Assembly (NCBI GenBank): GCA_026770705.1
Contig: JANJGN010000010.1
Location: forward strand, 91,822,001 to 91,886,000
DNA: 64,000 nucleotides
Reading direction: 5' to 3'
From: Isurus oxyrinchus
Taxonomy: Eukaryota
The translations under genes were made by a program, and so were the position numbers. The notes under the pieces were generated by a model that saw nothing but the letters and a program-made list of their open reading frames with translations, was not told the DNA's origin and did no database searches. Below, one piece after another: positions 1 through 10,600 of the stretch; position 1 is the stretch's first letter, and the number at the start of each line of letters is the position of its first letter.

Positions 1-69
1 CTGAGTTTTTCCAGGTAATTCTGTTTTTGTTTGGATTTCCAGTATCTGCAGTTTTTTTTGTTTTTATTC
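1..69 (+). mobile_element. 3' end of a Penelope-like element terminal repeat with tail (truncated by window edge)
   Basis: ctgagtttttccaggtaattctgtttttgt matches 63041-63070; it continues as ttggatttccagtatctgcag, matching the reverse complement of the tail at ~61915-61938. Confidence 0.8.
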
Positions 70-123
70 TTTCATTTCCTGCTATTTTGACCCAGGCCCC
101 GTTTTCAATGCATTAAAATTTGA

Positions 124-736
124 GTGTCAGCTGTGGCTAGAAAAGCTGTCACTGGGGCAAAGTTTATCATTTTAATTTTCACTCCAGCATTTGAGCACAG
201 CGATCTGGGTGATACTCCAGTGCTGTACTGAGGGAGTGCTGCACTGTGGAGGTGGTGTCTTTTGCATGAATACTGGAAGTGCGGCCCTGTCTACACCCTC
301 AGGATGACATAACAAGGCATTATTTTGGGATAGAACTGATGGGTTATTTGCAGAGTCTTGTTGTATTTATGCTTCAATACACATGACAAAAACAGATTAT
401 CTTTTCATGATCACATTGCTATTCATGCAAGTTGCTGTGCTGTATTCCTCATCGCAGGTTGACATCAATAACCCCCAGCACTATTTGAGAAAAGAGTAGA
501 GCTGTTATTCTCCATAACTCGGTTAATATTGATCCCTTAATCAACATCACAAAAACATATTATCTTATAATCATTACTTGTCTGTTTGTGGGAATTTCCT
601 GTGTGCTAATTGGCTGTTGTTTTTCCTAAATTCCAAAAGTGCTGTCATTTGAAACGCACTTCATTGGCTTTAAAGTACTGTGTGACTACATTGGCCAAGT
701 AAGGTGAAATATAAATTTATACCTTTCTTTTTCATT
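124..736 (+). mobile_element. Decayed tRNA-headed DeuSINE (SacSINE1-like)
   Basis: gtcagctgtggct head, then ctccagtgctgtactgagggagtgctgcactgt Deu-like core, aaaacagattatc, gtttgtggga...aattggctg, cttcattggct and a tataaat...ctttcttt tail. Recognised from memory, not by database search. Confidence 0.7.
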
Positions 737-1144
737 GATGTTATTCCTGAACATTTGGAGTGCTGCATAATCCCTCGCTCTCGGACGATCATTACACTTC
801 CTCTACCTGGTCCAATGAGCATTGGTGTTTACACAATTATTGACATGAGCTGACCTCCTGACAACACACAGTTCAGCTGGACTGTGTAAATGGACAGTGT
901 TTGTTTTCTGAGATCTGGCGTTATACGGCCACTGGATGATGGACCATCTTCTGACACTTGGAAGGCAATGACACGATTTGTTTTTTTACAATTGTATAGT
1001 GAATTAAATTCACACTCGTATGAGAACCAAATGACGGTTTACGCAGCTTCTCTGGGAGCTCTGTTTCTGCCAAAACTATGGCGAGTGATCAGTTCGGCCC
1101 AGTGGACATTCATTGGCAATAACATTGACCAATGCTTATTATGA

Positions 1145-1288
1145 TTATTAGAAGCTCTCACTGATTCAATGCTGGGATCTCTATTTTCTCTCAAATTGAG
1201 GTGAGGGATTACTGGTGGCACAGTGGAATTTTGCAGTCAATGACATTGACCAGTGCTCCAGAATTAAATCAGTGAGAGATTCTAATAA
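1145..1288. repeat. ~31-bp inverted repeat (1145-1175 / 1258-1288), present upstream of exon A in units 1-29
   Basis: ttattagaagctctcactgattcaatgctgg versus the reverse complement of ccagaattaaatcagtgagagattctaataa. Confidence 0.9.
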
Positions 1289-1602
1289 ATGTGTGATTTG
1301 AACCATTTATTTTGCAATTTTGATCAGAATCACTCTAGGGTCAGTTTGGCATCCATTTGGCATCAACATAGCAGCCAGTGTGCTCCACAAATCTACAGGA
1401 TTAGTGCATTAAGACACTTGAGCCTATTCCTCAACCTCAACATGCTCAAATGTTCGACCATTCTGCTAAGGGGTCATCAGATTTTTGTAGTTTTGTGTCA
1501 TAAATTATCTTACGTTCTTCTTTCCGGTTACTTAAACGAAGATGTGTCAAACAATCTTCATTCTGCTTTAAATTCATTATAGTTTTCATTCTTCTTTTCC
1601 AG

Positions 1603-1629
1603 AGATGCCAACAGACTACTCTCCACCAG
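1603..1629 (+). CDS. micro-exon A1 EMPTDYSPP
   Basis: ttcttttccag|AGATGCCAACAGACTACTCTCCACCAG|gtaaaa. Confidence 0.72.
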
Positions 1630-4600
1630 GTAAAAAAATACATGCTAGTCAGTGACTATCTTTGATCTCCTGATATTTGGACTCCAGGACAAATAAGTCA
1701 AATAAGTAAAAATATCTGGACTGGTCATCTGGTATTGAGCTCAGCCATGGAGTCAACAAAGGCGCACCCAGCCCAGGGGACGCTGTAAAGTTCATCTCAC
1801 TACCATCTGGCGACTTGTGCCAAAATTGAGGGAGCTGCCCCACAGATTAGTCACACAACAGGTTGAGTCATAGTCATACTCACAGAATGCTAGATTTCAG
1901 CCAACATCCCAGACTCCTCCATCACCATTCCTGAGTATATCCTGTCAACAGGCAGGTAGACTCACCAGCCCTGTGGTGCCAAGTCACTCGAGCCTTTTCT
2001 GCAAACTTCAATTTCTGTTGCTGGAATGTTCGGCCATTCTGACAAGCGGGCATCAGCTGTCATTCTGTGAATGTAACTATGTCTGACTATGTGTGACAAA
2101 TCTGTGGGTCAGCGCTCTCAATTTTTGTATCAAATTGTTTTTTTTTTGTTAACGTACTGTTCGTCAAACAAACTCCAGTCAGTATAGATTAAAGTTTTGA
2201 TTCTTCTTTTTCTGATGAACCTAACGGCTACTACCAACCAGGCATGAATACACCTGCTAGTGAGAGACTATCTTTGATTTCCTGCTATTTTGCTGCTGGC
2301 CCCGTTTTTAATGCATTGAAATTTGAGTGTCAGCTGTGGCCTAGTTGGCAGAAAAACTGCCACTGGGTCAAAGTTTATAATTTTAAATTTCATTCCAGGA
2401 TTTGAGCACAGGGATCTGTGTGACACTCCAGTGCTGTACTGAGGGAGGGTTGCACTGTGGAGGTGATGCCTTTTGAATGAATAGTGGAAGCGAGGCCCTG
2501 TCTACGCCCTCAGGATGACATAACAAGGCATTATTTTGGGATAGAACTGATTGGCTACTTGCAAGACCTGGCGTATTTTTGCCTCAATAAACATGACAAA
2601 AACAGATTATCTTTTCATGATCACATTGCTATTCATGCAAGTTTCCGTGCTGTGTTCCTCACCGCAGGTCGACATCTATAACCCCCAGCACTATTTCAGA
2701 AAAGAGTAGAGCCGTTATTCTCCATATCTCGGTTAATATTTATCCCTCAATTAACGTCACAAAAACAGATTACCTGGTAATCGTTACTTGGCTGTTTGTG
2801 GGAATTTCCTGTGTGCTAATTGGCTGTTGTTTTTCCTAAATTAAAAAGTGCTGTCATTTGAAACGCACTTCATTGGCTTTAAAGTACTGTGTGACTACAT
2901 TGGCCAAGGAAGGTGAAATATAAATTTATACTTTTCTTTTTCATTGATGTTATTCCTGAACATTTGGAGTGCTGCATAATCCCTCGGTCTCGGACGATCA
3001 TTACACTTCCTCTACCTGGTCCGATGTGCATTGGTGTTTACACAATTATTGACATGAGCTGACTTCCTGACAACATACAGGTCAGCTGGACAGTGTAAAT
3101 AGACAGTGTTTGTATTCTGAGATCTGGCATTATACTACCACTGGATGATGGACCATCTTCTGACACTTGGAAGACAATGACACGATTTGTTTTCTCACAA
3201 TTGTATAGTGAATTACATTCACACTCATTTGAGAACCAAATGACAGTTTAAGCTGCTTTTCTGGGAGCTCCGTTTTTGCCAAAACTGTGGCGAGTGATCA
3301 GTGCGGCCCAGTGGACATTCATGGGCAATAACATTGACCAATGCTTATTATGTTAATTAGAAACTCTCACTGATTCAATTCTGGGATCGCTATTTTCTCT
3401 CAAACTGAGGTGAGGGATTACTGGTGGCACAGTGGAATTTCGCACTCAATGACATTGACCAGGGCTCCAGAATTAAATCAGTGAGAGATTCTAATAAATG
3501 TGTGATTTGAACCATTTATTTTGCAATTTTGATCAGAATCAATCTTGGGTCAGTTTGGCATCCATTTGGCATCAACATAGCAGCCAGTGTGCTCCACAAA
3601 TCTACAGGATTAGTGCATTAAGATACTTGAGCCTATTCCTCAACCTCCACATGCTCAAATGTTCGACCATTCTGCTAAGGGGTCATCAGATTTTTGCAGT
3701 TTTGTGTCATAAATTATCTTACATTCTCCCTTCTGGTTATTTAAACAAAGATATGTCAAACAATCTTCATTCTGCTTTAAATTCATTATAGTTTACATTC
3801 TTCTTTTCCAGAGAAACCTACTGACTACTCTCCACCAGGTAAAAAGTACATGCTAGTCAGTAACTATCTTTGATCTCCTGACATTTGGATTCCTGTCCAG
3901 GCTTCCAGTGTATCCAACTTTAAAATGCCAGCAATGGGCAGGATATGAGAAATCCGGCCCCTGAGGCTATATAAGTTCAAATCCCACTCCAGAACAAACA
4001 GGTCCAATAAGTGAAAATAAACGGACAGGTCATCTGGTATTGAGCTCGCCCATGGAGTCAACAAAGATGCACCCAGCCCAGGGGATGTTGTAAAGTTCAT
4101 CTCACTACCATCTGGCGACTTGTGCCAAAATTGAGAGAACTGCCGCACAGATTAGTCACACAACAGGTTGAGACATAGTCACACTCACAGAATCCTAGAT
4201 TTCAGCCAACATCCCAGACTCTTCCATCACCATTCCTGAGTATGTCCCATCAACAAGCAGGTAGACCCACCAGCCCAGTGGTATCAAGTCACTCGAGCCT
4301 GTTCCGCAAACTTCAGTTTCTTTTACTGGCATGTTCGGCCATTCTGACAAGCGGGCATCAGCTGTCATTCTGTGAATGTAACCATGTGTCAACCTTTGGT
4401 GTGACTAATCTGTGGGTCAGCTCTCTCAATTTTGGCATAAGTCACTAGTTTTGTATCAAATTGTTTCTTTTTTTTTGTTAACGTACAAACATCCTCCTGT
4501 CGGTATAGATTAAAGTTTTAATTCTTCTTCTTTAGATGAACCTACCGTCCACAATCCACCAGGCAAGTATACACCTGCTAGTGAGTGACTATCTTTGATT

Positions 4601-7600
4601 TCCTGCTATTTTGACCCAGGCCCCGTTTTCAATGCATCGAAATTTGAGTGTCAGCTGTGGCCGAGTTGGCAGAAAAGCTGCCACTGGGGCAAAGTTTATC
4701 ATTTTAAATTTCACTCCATCATTTGAGCACAGCGATCTGGGTGACACTCCAGTGCAGTACTGAGGGAGGGTTGCACTGTGGAGGTGATGTCTTTTGCATG
4801 AATACTGGAAGAGCGGGCCTGTCTACGCCCTCAGTATGACAGAACAAGGCATTATTTTGGGAGAGAACTGATGGGCTATTTGCAGAGTCTTGCTGTATTT
4901 ATGCCTCAATACACATGACAAAAACGGATTATCCTTTCATGATCACATTGCTATTCATGCAAGGTGCAGGGCTGTATTTCTCATCGCAGGTCGACATCTA
5001 TAACCCCCAGCACTATTTCAGAAAAGAGTAGAGCTGTTATTCTCCATATCTCGGTTAATATTTATCCCTTAATCAACGTCACAAAAACAGATTACCTGGT
5101 AATCATTACTTGTCTGTTTGTGGGAATTTCCTGTGTGCTAATTGGCTGTTGTTTTTCCTAAATTCCAAAAGTGCTGTCATTTGAAACGCACTTCATTGGC
5201 TTTAAAGTACTGTGTGACTACATTGGCCAAGTAAGGTCAAATATAAATTTATACCTTTCTTTTTCATTGATGTTATTCCTGAACATTTGGAGTGCTGCAT
5301 AATCCCTCGCTCTCGGACGATCATTACACTTCCTCTACCTGGTCCAATGAGCATTGGTGTTTACACAATTATTGACAAGAGCTGACCTCCTGACAACACA
5401 CAGTTCAGCTGGACTGTGTAAATGGACAGTGTTTGTTTTCTGAGATCTGGCGTTATACGGCCACTGGATGATGGACCATCTTCTGACACTTGGAAGGCAA
5501 TGACACGATTTGTTTTTTTACAATTGTATAGTGAATTAAATTCACACTCGTATGAGAACCAAATGACGGTTTACGCAGCTTCTCTGGGAGCTCTGTTTCT
5601 GCCAAAACTATGGCGAGTGATCAGTGCGGCCCAGTGGACATTCATGGGCAATAACATTGACCAATGCTTATTATGTTTATTAGAAGCTCTCACTGATTCA
5701 ATGCTGGGATCTCTATTTTCTCTCAAATTGAGGTGAGGGATTACTGGTGGCACAGTGGAATTTTGCAGTCAATGACATTGACCAGTGCTCCAGAATTAAA
5801 TCAGTGAGAGATTCTAATAAATGTGTGATTTGAACCATTTATTTTGCAATTTTGATCAGAATCACTCTAGGGTCAGTTTGGCATCCATTTGGCATCAACA
5901 TAGCAGCCAGTGTGCTCCACAGATCTACAGGAATGGTGCATTAAGACACTTGAGCCTATTCCTCAACCTCAACATGCTCAAATGTTCGACCATTCTGCTA
6001 AGGGGTCATCAGATTTTTGTAGTTTTGTGTCATAAATTATCTTACGTTCTTCTTTCCGGTTACTTAAACAAAGATGTGTCAAACAATCTTCATTCTGCTT
6101 TAAATTCATTATAGTTTTCATTCTTCTTTTCCAGAGAAACCTACCGACTACACTCCACCAGGTAAAAAATACATGCTAGTCAGTGACTATCTTTGATCTC
6201 CTGTCCAGGCTTCCAGTGTATCCAACTTTAAAATGCTGGCAATGGGGAGGTTATGAGAAATCTGAACCCCTGAGGCAAAGTAAGTTCAAATCCCACTCCA
6301 GGACAAAGAAGTCAAATAAATAAAAACATATGGACTGGTCATCTAGTATTGAGTTCGTCCATGGAGTCAACAAAGACGCACCCAGCCCAGTGGACGCTGT
6401 AAATTTCATCTCACTACCATCTGGCGACTTGTGCCAAAATTGAGAGAGATGCCCCACAGATTAATCACACAACAGGTTGAGTCATAGTCACACTCACAGA
6501 ATGCTAGATTTCAGCCAACATCCCAGACTCCTCCATCACCATTCCTGAGTATATCCTGTCAACAGGCAAGTAGACTCACCAGCCCTGTGGTGTCAAGTCA
6601 CTCGAGCCTTTTCTGCAAACTTCAATTTCTGTTGCTGGAATGTTCGGCCATTCTGACAAGCGGGCATCAGCTGTCATTCTGTGGATGTAACTATGTCTGA
6701 CTATGTGTGACAAATCTGTGGGTCAGCGCTCTCAATTTTTGTAACAAATTGTTTTTTTTTGTTAACGTACTGTTCGTCAAACAAACTCCAGTCAGTATAG
6801 ATTAAAGTTTTGATTCTTCTTTTTCTGATGAACCTAACGGCTACTACCAACCAGGCATGAATACACCTGCTAGTGAGAGACTATCTTTGATTTCCTGCTA
6901 TTTTGACCCAGGCCCCGTTTTCAATGCATTGAAATTTGAGTGTCAGCTGTGGCCTAGTTGGCAGAAAAACTGCCACTGGGTCAAAGTTTATAATTTTAAA
7001 TTTCATTCCAGGATTTGAGCACAGGGATCTGTGTGACACTCCAGTGCAGTACTGAGGGAGGGTTGCACTGTGGAGGTGATGCCTTTTGAATGAATAGTGG
7101 AAGCGAGGCCCTGTCTACGCCCTCAGGATGACATAACAAGGCATTATTTTGGGATAGAACTGATTGGCTACTTGCAAGACCTGGCGTATTTTTGCCTCAA
7201 TAAACATGACAAAAACAGATTATCTTTTCATGATCACATTGCTATTCATGCAAGTTTCCGTGCTGTGTTCCTCACCGCAGGTCGACATCTATAACCCCCA
7301 GCACTATTTCAGAAAAGAGTAGAGCCGTTATTCTCCATATCTCGGTTAATATTTATCCCTCAATTAACGTCACAAAAACAGATTACCTGGTAATCGTTAC
7401 TTGGCTGTTTGTGGGAATTTCCTGTGTGCTAATTGGCTGTTGTTTTTCCTAAATTAAAAAGTGCTGTCATTTGAAACGCACTTCATTGGCTTTAAAGTAC
7501 TGTGTGACTACATTGGCCAAGGAAGGTGAAATATAAATTTATACTTTTCTTTTTCATTGATGTTATTCCTGAACATTTGGAGTGCTGCATAATCCCTCGG

Positions 7601-10600
7601 TCTCGGACGATCATTACACTTCCTCTACCTGGTCCGATGTGCATTGGTGTTTACACAATTATTGACATGAGCTGACTTCCTGACAACATACAGGTCAGCT
7701 GGACAGTGTAAATAGACAGTGTTTGTATTCTGAGATCTGGCATTATACTACCACTGGATGATGGACCATCTTCTGACACTTGGAAGACAATGACACGATT
7801 TGTTTTCTCACAATTGTATAGTGAATTACATTCACACTCATTTGAGAACCAAATGACAGTTTAAGCTGCTTTTCTGGGAGCTCCGTTTTTGCCAAAACTG
7901 TGGCGAGTGATCAGTGCGGCCCAGTGGACATTCATGGGCAATAACATTGACCAATGCTTATTATGTTAATTAGAAACTCTCACTGATTCAATTCTGGGAT
8001 CGCTATTTTCTCTCAAACTGAGGTGAGGGATTACTGGTGGCACAGTGGAATTTCGCACTCAATGACATTGACCAGGGCTCCAGAATTAAATCAGTGAGAG
8101 ATTCTAATAAATGTGTGATTTGAACCATTTATTTTGCAATTTTGATCAGAATCAATCTTGGGTCAGTTTGGCATCCATTTGGCATCAACATAGCAGCCAG
8201 TGTGCTCCACAAATCTACAGGATTAGTGCATTAAGATACTTGAGCCTATTCCTCAACCTCCACATGCTCAAATGTTCGACCATTCTGCTAAGGGGTCATC
8301 AGATTTTTGCAGTTTTGTGTCATAAATTATCTTACATTCTCCCTTCTGGTTATTTAAACAAAGATATGTCAAACAATCTTCATTCTGCTTTAAATTCATT
8401 ATAGTTTACATTCTTCTTTTCCAGAGAAACCTACTGACTACTCTCCACCAGGTAAAAAGTACATTCTAGTCAGTAACTATCTTTGATCTCCTGACATTTG
8501 GATTCCTGTCCAGGCTTCCAGTGTATCCAACTTTAAAATGCCAGCAATGGGCAGGATATGAGAAATCCGGCCCCTGAGGCTATATAAGTTCAAATCCCAC
8601 TCCAGAACAAACAGGTCCAATAAGTGAAAATAAACGGACAGGTCATCTGGTATTGAGCTCGCCCATGGAGTCAACAAAGATGCACCCAGCCCAGGGGATG
8701 TTGTAAAGTTCATCTCACTACCATCTGGCGACTTGTGCCAAAATTGAGAGAACTGCCGCACAGATTAGTCACACAACAGGTTGAGACATAGTCACACTCA
8801 CAGAATCCTAGATTTCAGCCAACATCCCAGACTCTTCCATCACCATTCCTGAGTATGTCCCATCAACAAGCAGGTAGACCCACCAGCCCAGTGGTATCAA
8901 GTCACTCGAGCCTGTTCCGCAAACTTCAGTTTCTTTTACTGGCATGTTCGGCCATTCTGACAAGCGGGCATCAGCTGTCATTCTGTGAATGTAACCATGT
9001 GTCAACCTTTGGTGTGACTAATCTGTGGGTCAGCTCTCTCAATTTTGGCATAAGTCACTAGTTTTGTATCAAATTGTTTCTTTTTTTTTGTTAACGTACA
9101 AACATCCTCCTGTCGGTATAGATTAAAGTTTTAATTCTTCTTCTTTAGATGAACCTACCGTCCACAATCCACCAGGCAAGTATACACCTGCTAGTGAGTG
9201 ACTATCTTTGATTTCCTGCTATTTTGACCCAGGCCCCGTTTTCAATGCATCGAAATTTGAGTGTCAGCTGTGGCCGAGTTGGCAGAAAAGCTGCCACTGG
9301 GGCAAAGTTTATCATTTTAAATTTCACTCCATCATTTGAGCACAGCGATCTGGGTGACACTCCAGTGCAGTACTGAGGGAGGGTTGCACTGTGGAGGTGA
9401 TGTCTTTTGCATGAATACTGGAAGAGCGGGCCTGTCTACGCCCTCAGTATGACAGAACAAGGCATTATTTTGGGAGAGAACTGATGGGCTATTTGCAGAG
9501 TCTTGCTGTATTTATGCCTCAATACACATGACAAAAACGGATTATCCTTTCATGATCACATTGCTATTCATGCAAGGTGCAGGGCTGTATTTCTCATCGC
9601 AGGTCGACATCTATAACCCCCAGCACTATTTCAGAAAAGAGTAGAGCTGTTATTCTCCATATCTCGGTTAATATTTATCCCTTAATCAACGTCACAAAAA
9701 CAGATTACCTGGTAATCATTACTTGTCTGTTTGTGGGAATTTCCTGTGTGCTAATTGGCTGTTGTTTTTCCTAAATTCCAAAAGTGCTGTCATTTGAAAC
9801 GCACTTCATTGGCTTTAAAGTACTGTGTGACTACATTGGCCAAGTAAGGTCAAATATAAATTTATACCTTTCTTTTTCATTGATGTTATTCCTGAACATT
9901 TGGAGTGCTGCATAATCCCTCGCTCTCGGACGATCATTACACTTCCTCTACCTGGTCCAATGAGCATTGGTGTTTACACAATTATTGACAAGAGCTGACC
10001 TCCTGACAACACACAGTTCAGCTGGACTGTGTAAATGGACAGTGTTTGTTTTCTGAGATCTGGCGTTATACGGCCACTGGATGATGGACCATCTTCTGAC
10101 ACTTGGAAGGCAATGACACGATTTGTTTTTTTACAATTGTATAGTGAATTAAATTCACACTCGTATGAGAACCAAATGACGGTTTACGCAGCTTCTCTGG
10201 GAGCTCTGTTTCTGCCAAAACTATGGCGAGTGATCAGTGCGGCCCAGTGGACATTCATGGGCAATAACATTGACCAATGCTTATTATGTTTATTAGAAGC
10301 TCTCACTGATTCAATGCTGGGATCTCTATTTTCTCTCAAATTGAGGTGAGGGATTACTGGTGGCACAGTGGAATTTTGCAGTCAATGACATTGACCAGTG
10401 CTCCAGAATTAAATCAGTGAGAGATTCTAATAAATGTGTGATTTGAACCATTTATTTTGCAATTTTGATCAGAATCACTCTAGGGTCAGTTTGGCATCCA
10501 TTTGGCATCAACATAGCAGCCAGTGTGCTCCACAGATCTACAGGAATGGTGCATTAAGACACTTGAGCCTATTCCTCAACCTCAACATGCTCAAATGTTC

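Noticed and set aside
1195-1210. Donor-like GAG|GTGAGG as a third exon per unit
   Set aside because: It is mutated to GAGTTGAGG or GACGTGAGG in many units and has no consistent upstream acceptor giving a frame-preserving exon.
1289-1582. Recurrent 97-aa ORF (MCDLNHLFCNFDQN...) as a tandem gene family
   Set aside because: No recognisable motif. It is frameshifted or truncated in several units (e.g. 14, 15, 17, 19, 24, 28, 29), and it ends 21 nt before exon A in what looks like intron. Its recurrence simply reflects recent duplication.
1603-1629. Phase-0 or phase-2 reading of the micro-exons
   Set aside because: Phase 2 contains TGA in many copies. Phase 0 is open, but it turns the common substitutions into first-position non-synonymous changes. 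Phase 0 is disfavoured, not formally excluded.
2335-2400. tRNA gene
   Set aside because: Only an A-box-like motif remains. There is no cloverleaf and the B box is degraded; it is the SINE head.
2843-2873. AAAGTGCT (miR-430/427/302 seed) once per unit, suggesting a miRNA cluster
   Set aside because: It lies in the SINE 3' region with only a 6-bp stem (aagtgc/gcactt). There is no pre-miRNA-length hairpin and no match to the rest of the miR-430 mature sequence.
3864-4448. Other repeated 60-105 aa ORFs on both strands
   Set aside because: They are antisense or off-frame readings of decayed SINE/LINE sequence, with starts and stops that vary between units.
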